A DNA stretch of 64,000 bases from assembly GCA_001781105.1 (NCBI GenBank), contig MFKV01000006.1, forward strand, positions 9,032 to 73,031. Direction: 5' to 3'. The position numbers were made by a program, and so were the translations under genes. The stretch comes from Candidatus Kaiserbacteria bacterium RIFCSPHIGHO2_01_FULL_54_36. GTDB lineage: Bacteria > Patescibacteriota > Minisyncoccia > Phycocordibacterales > UBA2100. A model generated the notes under the pieces. That model was given only the letters and a program-made list of their open reading frames with translations, did not search any database and was not told the DNA's origin. Positions 7,867 to 17,238 of the stretch are shown one piece after another; positions within the stretch are counted from its first letter, which is position 1; the number at the start of each line of letters is the position of its first letter.

Positions 7867-9981
7867 ATGGGGTCGTTTTTTGCTATACTGAACCCACTAA
7901 ATATGGCTGAAAAGAAGGCAAAAAAGGCCAATGATATGGCCGCCAAAACAGGCTCCTATGGAGCCTCTGACATTACTGTCCTTGAGGGATTGGAGGCAGT
8001 GCGCCGCCGGCCCGGCATGTATATCGGCACGACCGGCACTTCTGGCTTGCACCATTTGGTTTGGGAAGTCTTCGACAACTCGCGCGATGAGGCAATGGGA
8101 GGATTTGCCAACGACATTGAGATCGCACTTCTCCCGGGCAGTCGTGTGCGTGTCGCCGACAACGGCCGCGGCATTCCGGTAGAGATCCATCCCAAGACCA
8201 AAGTCTCGACCCTCGAAACGGTCATGACCAAGCTGCACGCAGGCGGAAAATTCGGCGGCGAGGGATACAAGGTATCCGGTGGCTTGCACGGCGTAGGCGT
8301 CTCGGTTGTCAATGCGCTCTCTTCCCGCGTGCGTGCGGAAGTGTATCGCGACGGCGGGAAGTACATGCAAGAGTACAAAGACGGCGGCAAACCTATCGGG
8401 AAAACGAAAAAAATAGAATCCTCCAAATTGCACGGCACCATCGTTACGTTCGAAGCCGACGCAAAGATCTTTCCCGACCGGCAGCTCCATTGGGACACGA
8501 TCGTCTCGCACATGCGCCAGCAGGCCTACCTCGTAAAGGGGCTTCGTATCTCTATCCTCGATCTTCGTACGGTAGAACAAGTGGATGACGAGAGCATATT
8601 TTATCTGCGTGATCTAAGAATCGACGCGCCATCCACCACATTCTATTTCGAGGGCGGGCTGCGCTCGCTCGTCGGATTCCAGAATCGCTACCTTGAAATA
8701 ATCCACAAAAATATCTTTTATGTCGAAAAGGAGCAAGACGGCGTTGCAGTAGAGATCGCACTCCAGTATGTCGACGACATCACATCGCGTCTCTCGGCGT
8801 TTGCAAACAATATCTACAACATCGAGGGCGGCATGCACGTCACGGGATTCAAGGCTGCGCTTACGCGCACCCTAAATGCCCAGATCAAGAATGGCGGCGG
8901 AAAGGAGAGCGATACCTTTACCGGCGATGATGTACTGGAAGGCATGACCGCAGTCATTTCCGTCAAGATGCGCGAAGTGCAATTCGAAGGTCAGACCAAG
9001 TCGAAGCTCGGCTCAGTAGAAGCGCGTGGCGCCACCGAGACGGTGTTCGCGGAAGCTTTCAACGCATTCCTCGAGGAGCATCCTGACGATGCTCGCGCGA
9101 TCATTGGCAAGGTAACGCTTGCGATGAAGGCGCGTAAAGCGGCGAAGGCAGCGAAAGACTCGATCCTGCGCAAAGGCGCGCTTGATGGCATGACCCTTCC
9201 GGGCAAGCTTGCCGATTGTCAGACCAAGCTTGCCGAGGAAGCCGAGCTTTTCATCGTCGAAGGAGATTCAGCTGGCGGCACGGCAAAAATGGGGCGCGAT
9301 CGCCGCGTGCAGGCCGTGCTCCCGCTTCGCGGCAAGATCCTCAACATCGAGCGAGCACGACTCGACAAAATGCTGGCGAGCGAGCAGATAAAAAACCTTG
9401 TCGTTGCGCTCGGCACGGCGATCGGCGACATTTTCGATATCGCGAAGTTGCGCTACCACAAGATCATCATCGCGACTGATGCCGATGTGGATGGCGCCCA
9501 CATCCGGACGCTCTTGCTGACGCTCATGTACCGCCACTTCCGCCCCGTGATCGACGGCGGGTACCTCTACATCGCGCAGCCGCCGCTTTTTAAAGTACGC
9601 AAAGGCAAGGAGATCGCGTACGCCTATACCGATGAAGAACGCATCAAGCTTGTGGGCAAGGACATGCCGCTTGAAACAGTCGACCCCGAAGTACAGCAAG
9701 CTGACTACGGGGCAGGCAGTGAACAGGAAGTTGAGGAATCTGACGATAAGAAAAAACGTGCGCCCAAGGTATCAGTCCAGCGATATAAGGGTTTGGGAGA
9801 AATGAATTCAGACGAACTCTGGGAAACCACGATGGACCCTGCTCGCCGGATATTGAAGCAGGTGACGATCGAGGATGCGCAAGAAGCCGATACGGTGTTC
9901 GACATGCTCATGGGCACCGATGTGCCCGCACGCAAGTCATTCATTCAGAGCCACGCAAAAGAAGCGACACTCGATATTTAA
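7867..9981 (+). CDS. gyrB: DNA gyrase subunit B
   Basis: GHKL ATPase motifs and Toprim (EGDSAGG, PLRGKILN). The real start may be the internal Met at ~7903 (MAEKKAKK…). Confidence 0.9.
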   Translation: MGSFFAILNPLNMAEKKAKKANDMAAKTGSYGASDITVLEGLEAVRRRPGMYIGTTGTSGLHHLVWEVFDNSRDEAMGGFANDIEIALLPGSRVRVADNGRGIPVEIHPKTKVSTLETVMTKLHAGGKFGGEGYKVSGGLHGVGVSVVNALSSRVRAEVYRDGGKYMQEYKDGGKPIGKTKKIESSKLHGTIVTFEADAKIFPDRQLHWDTIVSHMRQQAYLVKGLRISILDLRTVEQVDDESIFYLRDLRIDAPSTTFYFEGGLRSLVGFQNRYLEIIHKNIFYVEKEQDGVAVEIALQYVDDITSRLSAFANNIYNIEGGMHVTGFKAALTRTLNAQIKNGGGKESDTFTGDDVLEGMTAVISVKMREVQFEGQTKSKLGSVEARGATETVFAEAFNAFLEEHPDDARAIIGKVTLAMKARKAAKAAKDSILRKGALDGMTLPGKLADCQTKLAEEAELFIVEGDSAGGTAKMGRDRRVQAVLPLRGKILNIERARLDKMLASEQIKNLVVALGTAIGDIFDIAKLRYHKIIIATDADVDGAHIRTLLLTLMYRHFRPVIDGGYLYIAQPPLFKVRKGKEIAYAYTDEERIKLVGKDMPLETVDPEVQQADYGAGSEQEVEESDDKKKRAPKVSVQRYKGLGEMNSDELWETTMDPARRILKQVTIEDAQEADTVFDMLMGTDVPARKSFIQSHAKEATLDI

Positions 9982-10033
9982 GCTGCAGACAAAAAGCGCC
10001 GGCCCCTCTTGGGGCCGGCGCTTTGAGTTTGCG

Positions 10034-11125
10034 TTAGTAGTTCCCGTACGGATACTGCGGGTATTGATATGGCTGCGGGTACGGTTGCGAATATGGTTGC
10101 GGCTGCATGTAGTTGTAGTTCGGCGCGTAGTTGTAGTTATTGTTGTAATTGTTGTTGTAGTTATATGGCATCGAGACGTACCGCGAAGCATAGTTGTTGC
10201 CTTGATTTCCATCTGCGGCGTTGATCGAGACGCGGAAGGTGCCGGCGGTTGCCATGGTGAAGCGCAGCGTGTTGATCATGTGACCTCCTGGAGCAAGCGA
10301 TGCCTGAATAGGAGAGCTATAGGTATACCCGCTCTGAGTCGGGAGCTGGGCGGTGAATGTATACGCCCCAGTCGAGCTTCCGCCGATGTTACCGATGTCG
10401 AAGACGGCGGTCGCGAGTCCTGAAGCGTCCACAGTGACCGACGTAATGTGCACCGAGATGTCAGCCGGAGTGCGCGGCATAGGTGTTGGGTTCGGTGTTG
10501 GGGTCGGAGTAGGCGTCGGAGTGGGCGTAGGCGTTGGGGTACTCGGCGTCGTTGGGGTGGTGGTCCCTGTGCGAGGATCGACGATGATGGTGGCAGAGCC
10601 TTGTGCTTGCTTGGTGCTCGTTGAACTCGGCATGAATATCACCGAGACGGGGATACTCGTCGAGGTCGTTCCGATAAGGATACTCTGGAGCTTCAGCGCA
10701 TTGCTTCCCGAAGAGACAGTCGAAGCTGCGCCGCATGGTAGTGCCGCCATTACACCATTCGGACCTTCTGCGAGTATGTGAATATTGCCTTTGCACTGGT
10801 ACAAGAAGGCGTAGCTGCCTTTTTCGGTAGTCGAGTAGTTCCAGCTTACGGTGAACATATCACCCGAGATGACACGCGCAGGTGCTGTAACCTTGATCGT
10901 AGTTGAAGGCGTGGTGTTGAAAAGGGAAGAAAGCCATGGACTTCCGAGGTTTGCGATGTGGAAAAGGCCCCAGAGAATAATGACGATAAGAATGATGAAC
11001 CCGACGATCGCCAGAATGTTGGAAAGCATGCTGGTTTTCGGCTCGCGAGGCACTGGAGGAGGCACCGGGCGATTGATAGTCTGTACGGTCTCGGTCGTTT
11101 TGACTGTTTGTATCTCGTCGGACAT
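10034..11125 (-). CDS. N-terminally anchored surface protein with PT-repeat linker and Tyr/Asn/Gln/Pro-rich C-terminal tail
   Basis: Single TM (ILAIVGFIILIVIILWGLF). (TP)n linker TPTPTPTPTPTPTPNPTP. C-terminal low-complexity NYNNNYNNNYNYAPNYNYMQPQPYSQPYPQPYQYPQYPY. Confidence 0.55.
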   Translation of the reverse strand: MSDEIQTVKTTETVQTINRPVPPPVPREPKTSMLSNILAIVGFIILIVIILWGLFHIANLGSPWLSSLFNTTPSTTIKVTAPARVISGDMFTVSWNYSTTEKGSYAFLYQCKGNIHILAEGPNGVMAALPCGAASTVSSGSNALKLQSILIGTTSTSIPVSVIFMPSSTSTKQAQGSATIIVDPRTGTTTPTTPSTPTPTPTPTPTPTPTPNPTPMPRTPADISVHITSVTVDASGLATAVFDIGNIGGSSTGAYTFTAQLPTQSGYTYSSPIQASLAPGGHMINTLRFTMATAGTFRVSINAADGNQGNNYASRYVSMPYNYNNNYNNNYNYAPNYNYMQPQPYSQPYPQPYQYPQYPYGNY

Positions 11126-11199
11126 GGGCGCTATATTACTACATGCAGAAGCGCTCTGTCAAGGGCTTCGCGGAGCCGGATTTTCGGGCGGAAATTGAA

Positions 11200-11583
11200 T
11201 CACCAGTCAAAAGAGACGCCATGTGTCCGTAGCAAAAACGTGAGATACCAGGAAGAAAAGTTGCAGATGAGCGAAAGGAGAAACGATACCTTCCAGCTCG
11301 TCTTGAGTACCATGCGGTAAAACAGTGCTTCGATAAAGAAGACAAACGTTTCGCTCACCATGAGCGATGTGTTGTATGGCCATTTGGTTATGCGGGGGAA
11401 AATGAACATGACGTACGGATTGGTAGCATACGTCGCAAACATTCCTGCGAAAAGCAAACGCAAGGAGGAAATCTCTTTGTCTTTAAACACGTATCGCACC
11501 AGGAAAAAGAGGATCGTCGTCTCAACGAGTACTGAGAAGCTTGCGATTGATATGAATTTATGGACGTAGGCAATGGATGGCAC
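11200..11583 (-). CDS. small polytopic membrane protein, hypothetical
   Basis: 127 aa. Three or four hydrophobic helices. AT-richer than neighbours. Confidence 0.4.
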   Translation of the reverse strand: MPSIAYVHKFISIASFSVLVETTILFFLVRYVFKDKEISSLRLLFAGMFATYATNPYVMFIFPRITKWPYNTSLMVSETFVFFIEALFYRMVLKTSWKVSFLLSLICNFSSWYLTFLLRTHGVSFDW

Positions 11584-11745
11584 CGGCTATTCATAGCTGT
11601 TTAGGCTGGTATGTCAACTGGCGGCCAAAACGCGGTTCATTGACCCTACAGGCGAAGGATTGTACAGTCGCCGCGAGGAAGTGGGTCGAGAGCTCTACCC
11701 ACTTGCCCTCATCAACGCATGCAGAGCATGCAGAGAAGGAGTGAA

Positions 11746-12318
11746 ATGAAGGTTCTTTCTATCGTTGCCGTTGTAGCCGCGCTCGCGGCTTTGGCGGTGA
11801 CACCGGCGCAAGCCCAAAATTCCACATGGGCCGCAGTCGCAATCAGCACGAGTCCGCTCAAGGACGCGTTCGGCTTCCAGTACCTGAAGACTTCACAGGC
11901 TGGTGCCGAGAATGACGCGATTCGGTTCTGTGAGGAACGATTCGCGAAATACAGAATCCGCGGAGCGACCTGCGCGGTGAAGTCCACGACCGACTGGGTC
12001 ATCGGCGTCTACTGCCTCAACGGCGGCAAGGTCGGCGTCGGTATCGGAGTCGGAGCGACTCCAGTGGAAGCCGCAAACGAAGCGCTGAAGGAGGCAGGTG
12101 CCTTCCAAGCGCGTCGCTGCGTATTCCAGGCCATGCGTCACGGCACCAATGCCAAGGCCACGATCGAGGGCCGTGAGTGGACCGCGACCGTCTCGTGCGG
12201 CGCCGGCACGTTTACGTTCAAGGTGAACGGTGCCGTTGCGGCGCTGAACCGCGCCCTTCGTTCCTGTGAGAACACCAATGTCTCGGCCTGCAACGTGACG
12301 GCCTTCACCGGCAGCTGA
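11746..12318 (+). CDS. secreted protein, possibly DUF4189-like
   Basis: SD GAAGGAG 7 nt upstream of the MKVLSIVAVVAALAALAVTPAQA signal peptide. Cys-containing repeats (AAVAIS…FQY…C…C) are reminiscent of DUF4189. Unverified. Confidence 0.45.
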   Translation: MKVLSIVAVVAALAALAVTPAQAQNSTWAAVAISTSPLKDAFGFQYLKTSQAGAENDAIRFCEERFAKYRIRGATCAVKSTTDWVIGVYCLNGGKVGVGIGVGATPVEAANEALKEAGAFQARRCVFQAMRHGTNAKATIEGREWTATVSCGAGTFTFKVNGAVAALNRALRSCENTNVSACNVTAFTGS

Positions 12319-12411
12319 CGCAGCCCGCGAACGTCTGGCCAGCGTTTGCCCTTACCCGGCGGTCGCGCATGCGAGCATGCGCGACCGACCGGCCTTTTTT
12401 CAATTCACACC

Positions 12412-13707
12412 ATGAACGATCAATTAAAAACTCAACTACCCAAATCCGTCGTCGGCTGGTTCGACGCTTTTTTTGGGCTTGGAATAATTCTCACCCTTTT
12501 CTTTACACTGCGCGTTGTCGCCATGAGCGACCACGTGTTTTCCATACTACTGGTTGCAGGTCTCGCACTCGTGATTGGCGCGATCGAAATAGCGCGCGCT
12601 CCGTGGCGAGGGCTTCCACCATCGCAGGCATCTAGTAATGTGATCCTCAGCCGCGCTGCGTTCAAGCTCTTGGGCTTCATCGTGACGCTCGCTGTCATCG
12701 GATTTCTCTACTGGCTCTTTCCCGAATACCACCGCACGTACTACCGCTCATTCTTCGAGTCCGTGGGGATCGTCCTACCATGGTTTATTCTGCTCGCCAT
12801 CCCGTATTTCGTGTATGTCGAGTGGCGGCTTCCGAAAGAAGAGGGCGGTATGTGGAACACAGCGCTCTTCGCAACGGCGCGCTGGAGTGAGGTCGATTGG
12901 TCATGCCTCCGGCAGCACGCACTGGGATGGCTCGTGAAAGCATTCTTCTTGCCGATCATGTTTGGCGATATCGTGAATAATATCGGCGCACTGCGCGTGG
13001 CCAATTGGGACCTCGCCTCACTTGATTTCGTACCGGTCTTCACGCTTCTTTTTGATTCACTCATCCTGCTCGAACTCGTGTTCGTCTCCGCAGGGTATGT
13101 GTTTACCTGCAGGCTTTTTGATTCGCATATCCGCAGGGTAGAGGACACCCTTTTCGGCTGGACGGTCGCGCTTATATCCTACACGCCGTTTCTCGGACTC
13201 TTTTATGTCCGATACTTTAATTACAGTGCCGACAACATTGACTGGTTGGTGTGGCTCGGCGCAAATCCCAAGCTGGTCGTCGCATGGGGCTCAGCGATCC
13301 TTGTGTTACTTTTTCTCCACCTGTGGAGTGACGCGTGTTTCGGCCTTCGCTTCTCCAACCTTACAAATCGCGGGATCATTACCAACGGGCCGTTCCGTTT
13401 TTGTAAACACCCGGCATATCTGATCAAGAATCTCCGCTGGTGGCTCGTTTCGGTCCCGTTCATTGCACTCGATCCGGTTGAGGGCTTACGGCTATCGCTA
13501 CTACTTGTGTGTGTGAATATGTTGTACACCGTGCGCGGGTATACGGAGGAGAAACTTCTCTCACGCGACCCCACGTACGTTGCGTATGCGAAGTGGATGG
13601 AAGATCACAGCCTTCTGCGGTTTTTGAAGCGGATCCCTATCTTTTCGTATGAGTGGCGACTTGCGCGGTGGCAGCGAATGTGGCCCGATGTATACCCCGG
13701 CGTATAA
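12412..13707 (+). CDS. polytopic membrane protein with C-terminal isoprenylcysteine carboxyl methyltransferase / phospholipid methyltransferase-like domain
   Basis: Many TM helices. C-terminal GPFRFCKHPAYLIKNLRWW matches the ICMT/PEMT family signature (G-x-Y/F…RHP-x-Y). Start chosen at MNDQLK; the upstream in-frame extension is unlikely. Confidence 0.5.
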   Translation: MNDQLKTQLPKSVVGWFDAFFGLGIILTLFFTLRVVAMSDHVFSILLVAGLALVIGAIEIARAPWRGLPPSQASSNVILSRAAFKLLGFIVTLAVIGFLYWLFPEYHRTYYRSFFESVGIVLPWFILLAIPYFVYVEWRLPKEEGGMWNTALFATARWSEVDWSCLRQHALGWLVKAFFLPIMFGDIVNNIGALRVANWDLASLDFVPVFTLLFDSLILLELVFVSAGYVFTCRLFDSHIRRVEDTLFGWTVALISYTPFLGLFYVRYFNYSADNIDWLVWLGANPKLVVAWGSAILVLLFLHLWSDACFGLRFSNLTNRGIITNGPFRFCKHPAYLIKNLRWWLVSVPFIALDPVEGLRLSLLLVCVNMLYTVRGYTEEKLLSRDPTYVAYAKWMEDHSLLRFLKRIPIFSYEWRLARWQRMWPDVYPGV

Positions 13708-13861
13708 AATGGCTGGTTTCCTATGTACAGCAGGGTTGATTTCATCTTCATTGACTATTCAGGTCACAAGCGCTAGCGTTGCGGCAAGAGATTCGGGAAA
13801 CGTCTCTTAGAACAGTTTTCGAAGATTTTACCATTGACGTTCTAATTGATTAATTCCCGCT

Positions 13862-15703
13862 ATGAATACAGTGCAAATGGCGTTCAGAAAATACTGGGCG
13901 ATTTTCTTTTTTATAGGTGTTGTTGCATCCGTAATCGCATTTCTTGAAATAGCACCATTGACGGTATCGTCGACTTCTCACAGTGTTTTGGGAACCCATG
14001 TCTTATATGCCGATGGTGACGGAGGAGGCGATGGTGGTGGCGATGGCGGTGGAGATGGTGGCGGAGATGGTGGCGGAGATGGCGGTGGAGATGGAGGAGG
14101 TGATGGCGGTGGAGATGGTGGCGGAGATGGCGGAGGCGACGGAGGCGGTGATGGCGGAGGCGACGGAGGCGGTGACGGAGGAGGCGATGGTGGTGGTGAT
14201 GGCGGAGGTTGTGTCAGAAACTGCATCCCTGTGACGCCCCCTGGCTGCATCATTATCATCAAAGAAACGTTCGATGCGCAAGGCAATCCTATTACACCAG
14301 TCGCGCAGTTTACGTTTCGGCTCGACAATTCGCGCACTGCCCAAAACGACGCTTCGGGGAGAGTGACATTCACGAATGTGTCTGCGGGCTTCCATTCGGT
14401 CTCGGAGATCGTGCCGTCTGGCTGGACTCTTTTCTCGGTCACCCCACAAAACGGCTCCGTGTTTGTGAGCTCTGGGGTGAATTGCGCAACGGTAGTCTTC
14501 AAAAACAGGCAAACTGTCCCACCACAGAGCTGCATCACGGTGATCAAAGAAACCTACGATACACAGGGCAATCCTATTACACCGGTCGCGCAATTTACGT
14601 TCAGTCTCGACGGGGTTCGCACGATACAAAACGACGGCTCAGGTCGCGCAACGTTCAACAACGTGTTGCCCGGCAGCCATCAAATTACAGAGCAGGTCCC
14701 CCTTGGCTGGACGCTTTTTTCGGTGACGCCAACAAACGGGATCGTCCAGGTTACTTCTGGCACCAATTGTGCGGCGGTTATTTTCAAGAACAGGCAAACG
14801 ATCCCGCAATGTCCACCCGGCCAGGTCGGCACGTACCCAAATTGTCACGAGCAGCAATGTCCACCCGGTCAGATCGGTACCTATCCCAATTGCAGCATTC
14901 CACAGTGCCCACCGGGACAGACGGGAGTCTATCCCAACTGTATTCCCAACCAGTGTCCTCCGGGCCAGATCGGGACCTACCCCAATTGCAGCATTCCACA
15001 GTGCCCACCTGGCCAAACGGGGACGTATCCGTACTGCATCCCAAATCAGTGTCCGAGCGGCTACACGGGTACCTATCCAAATTGTTACCCGCCGCAGTGC
15101 CCTTCAGGCTACATAGGCACGTATCCAAGTTGTTACCCACCTCAACAAAATCTATACTGCACGCTCACCGCAAGCATCACCTCGATATACAATGGCCAGG
15201 CAGTCTATCTCTCCTGGACTTCGACGGGCGCTACCTCGGCATCCCTCGATTCCGTGGGCCAAGTCGGCGTATTCGGCTCGTACACGATCTACCCGCAACA
15301 CTCACGCGTATACACGCTCACCGTATACGATTCACAGGGTCGCTCCAACAATTGCCAGGTCTCGATCTCGGTGAACCCGGCGTACATCCCGCCTCCTCCG
15401 TACTTCCCGCCACCGCCACAATATATTCCACCACCACCTCAGTACATCCCGCCTCCGCAATATATCCCGCCGCCTACTTCCCAGATCTCTCTAGTACAGA
15501 TCCCATACACCGGGTTCGACTTCGGACCGGTAGGGAATGCGATCTACTGGCTCGCCATGCTCCTCTTCGCCTTTGCGCTGACCTACCTACTCCTGTACTA
15601 CCAAGGTGGGTTCTGGGTTCTTATGGTCGTCGCGATCCGATACCAGGCGCAACTGTGGGAGTTGGGACTGCAAAGAATAGGCCTCTCCTCAAGGACGCAA
15701 TAG
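13862..15703 (+). CDS. large surface protein: signal anchor, (DGGG)x26 repeat, two CnaB-type domains, eight CPPGQxGTYPNC repeats, conserved C-terminal module, PPPPQYI repeats, IPYTG sortase-type sorting signal
   Basis: Domains read directly from the translation. CnaB-like …RTAQNDASGRVTFTNVSAGFHSVSEIVPSGWTL… appears twice. The C-terminus SLVQIPYTGFDFGPVGNAIYWLAMLLFAFALTYLLLYY is an LPXTG-like motif plus a hydrophobic segment. A sortase gene lies downstream. Confidence 0.7.
   Translation: MNTVQMAFRKYWAIFFFIGVVASVIAFLEIAPLTVSSTSHSVLGTHVLYADGDGGGDGGGDGGGDGGGDGGGDGGGDGGGDGGGDGGGDGGGDGGGDGGGDGGGDGGGDGGGDGGGCVRNCIPVTPPGCIIIIKETFDAQGNPITPVAQFTFRLDNSRTAQNDASGRVTFTNVSAGFHSVSEIVPSGWTLFSVTPQNGSVFVSSGVNCATVVFKNRQTVPPQSCITVIKETYDTQGNPITPVAQFTFSLDGVRTIQNDGSGRATFNNVLPGSHQITEQVPLGWTLFSVTPTNGIVQVTSGTNCAAVIFKNRQTIPQCPPGQVGTYPNCHEQQCPPGQIGTYPNCSIPQCPPGQTGVYPNCIPNQCPPGQIGTYPNCSIPQCPPGQTGTYPYCIPNQCPSGYTGTYPNCYPPQCPSGYIGTYPSCYPPQQNLYCTLTASITSIYNGQAVYLSWTSTGATSASLDSVGQVGVFGSYTIYPQHSRVYTLTVYDSQGRSNNCQVSISVNPAYIPPPPYFPPPPQYIPPPPQYIPPPQYIPPPTSQISLVQIPYTGFDFGPVGNAIYWLAMLLFAFALTYLLLYYQGGFWVLMVVAIRYQAQLWELGLQRIGLSSRTQ
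14012..14208 (+). repeat. 12-bp tandem repeat (GATGGNGGNGGN)x~16 encoding (DGGG)n
   Basis: Direct reading of near-identical 12-nt units with synonymous third-position variation. Confidence 0.85.
14806..15140 (+). repeat. 39-bp tandem coding repeat x8 (QCPPGQIGTYPNCSIP)
   Basis: Eight consecutive units with conserved Cys spacing. Confidence 0.8.
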
Positions 15704-15718
15704 GGTAAAGCAGGGGGG

Positions 15719-16441
15719 TTGACATTGGGCCATTTATGGTGTATTATCTCGCCCTCTATGAGTTTTGACCATACGTCTCCGCAGACTCCTCCAAAAGGGG
15801 TGTACTTGGCGAGTGTCATCGTCGTCTTTTTCTGTACGCTCAGCGTCGCCGACTCTGTGGGCTTCGTGCCGTACTACATTGATGGCACACTCCCGACCGC
15901 TTCTGCCGATCCTGTGACCGTTGATTCAGTGATGCTTTCAAATTTGCCGCAGCTTGGCGAAGACTCTACCGGAACGGTTGAAATTCCTACAGGAGAAGTG
16001 GTGCTCCCCGAGCGGCTCAAGATCCCAGCGATCTCGCTCGATCTTCCCGTACAAAATCCCAACACCCGCGACACCAAGGCGCTCGACCTCATCATCCAAA
16101 AAGGCCCCGCGCGCTACGTGGACTCAGCAAAGCTCGGGGAGAAGGGCAACATGATCATCTACGCACACTCTTCCGTGTACCCAGTATTGCGCAACCAAAT
16201 GTGGAAGGCGTTCAATCGCATTCACGAGCTCCAGGTCGGCGATCCGATCACGCTCGAGGCAGGAGGCAAGCAGTATGTCTACACCGTGAGCGCCGTGCGA
16301 CAAGTGGATACTGCCGACACGATCATTGACCTCTCGCCCACGCAAGGCACGAAGCTCACGCTCGTTACCTGCGACATCGCGACCGGCAAAACTGCCCGCT
16401 TCATCGTCGAGGCAGACTTCGTCGGCATTGTCGGTCAATAA
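15719..16441 (+). CDS. sortase family transpeptidase
   Basis: N-terminal TM anchor. Catalytic LTLVTC motif, with Arg 13 residues downstream (TARFIVEA) and a His in IIYAHSS. Sits directly downstream of an IPYTG substrate gene. Confidence 0.7.
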   Translation: MTLGHLWCIISPSMSFDHTSPQTPPKGVYLASVIVVFFCTLSVADSVGFVPYYIDGTLPTASADPVTVDSVMLSNLPQLGEDSTGTVEIPTGEVVLPERLKIPAISLDLPVQNPNTRDTKALDLIIQKGPARYVDSAKLGEKGNMIIYAHSSVYPVLRNQMWKAFNRIHELQVGDPITLEAGGKQYVYTVSAVRQVDTADTIIDLSPTQGTKLTLVTCDIATGKTARFIVEADFVGIVGQ

Positions 16442-16447
16442 GAAAAT

Positions 16448-17122
16448 ATGTCACGCGCTAAAACACTTATCTCAATCCTTATCGTTATGGGAATCGCCTC
16501 GGCTCCCGTTGTCGAAGCGGCGACCTATTATGAGATCGGCACACCTGTCTCGATCGGACAACCTGCCTCGTATGCGTATCCCTTTTCGTACGGCATGCCC
16601 GCAACGGCAGGGTATGCCACACCGGCTGGATACAGTCAGACAGTGGGTTTCCCCGCATCGGCAGGATATCCAGCGGCAGTAGGCTATGGCGTCTCAGTTG
16701 GTTCTCCCGTGAGCGTCGGGCATCCAGTTTCTGTTGGCCGTCCCGTAAACGTCGGCTATCCAGTCAACGTGGGCTATCCCGTGAATGTCGGATACCCGGT
16801 CAATATCGGCTATCCGGTAAACGTCGGTCGCCCTGTAGATATAGGTCGGCCAGTTGACGTTGCTCATCCAGTGGACATTGGACGTGTCGTTGATATCGGT
16901 CATGTCGTTGAGATCGCGCACGCAGTAGATCTCTACGGCCCCGGGAAACTTTTCGCACTTGTAAGCATAGGGGAGGGGGTAGCTGTAGGTCGTGCTGTCG
17001 ATATTGCGCACTCGGTCACGATCGCTCACGCCGTCACGATCGCCCGCCCGGTAGATATCGCCCACGCTGTCGAGGTAGGGTACGCTGTACCGGTCGGCCG
17101 CGGCTACACTTTAGCGAAATAA
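16448..17122 (+). CDS. secreted protein made of ~25 tandem hexapeptide repeats (x-P-V-x-V/I-G)
   Basis: Signal peptide MSRAKTLISILIVMGIASAPVVEA. Repeats GYPVNVGYPVNVGYPVNIGYPVNVGRPVDIGRPVDV… The antisense ORF 16694-17065 is a repeat artefact. Confidence 0.6.
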   Translation: MSRAKTLISILIVMGIASAPVVEAATYYEIGTPVSIGQPASYAYPFSYGMPATAGYATPAGYSQTVGFPASAGYPAAVGYGVSVGSPVSVGHPVSVGRPVNVGYPVNVGYPVNVGYPVNIGYPVNVGRPVDIGRPVDVAHPVDIGRVVDIGHVVEIAHAVDLYGPGKLFALVSIGEGVAVGRAVDIAHSVTIAHAVTIARPVDIAHAVEVGYAVPVGRGYTLAK

Positions 17123-17148
17123 GCCCGTTTTTAAGGCTTTTCTAGCCC

Positions 17149-17177
17149 TTGACGAAAGGGCATATTTGATGTATTAT
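17149..17177 (+). promoter_or_regulatory. sigma70-like promoter TTGACG-N17-TATTAT
   Basis: Hexamers and spacing read directly. 61 nt upstream of the 17239 CDS. Confidence 0.5.
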
Positions 17178-17238
17178 CCTACTATGTCCGTTCAGGCTCT
17201 CGTCCCGAGAGTCTGCGGCAAGCGCTAGGGAGGTTCCA

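Noticed and set aside
9875-10423. 182-aa plus-strand ORF rich in V/R/I runs
   Set aside because: Antisense of the PT/Tyr-rich low-complexity region of the 10034-11125 gene.
14012-14208. Possible CRISPR-like or VNTR non-coding array
   Set aside because: The 12-bp repeats have no spacers. They maintain an open reading frame encoding (DGGG)n inside a protein with signal peptide and downstream domains.
16694-17065. 123-aa minus-strand ORF
   Set aside because: Antisense reading of the 18-bp coding repeats of the hexapeptide-repeat protein.
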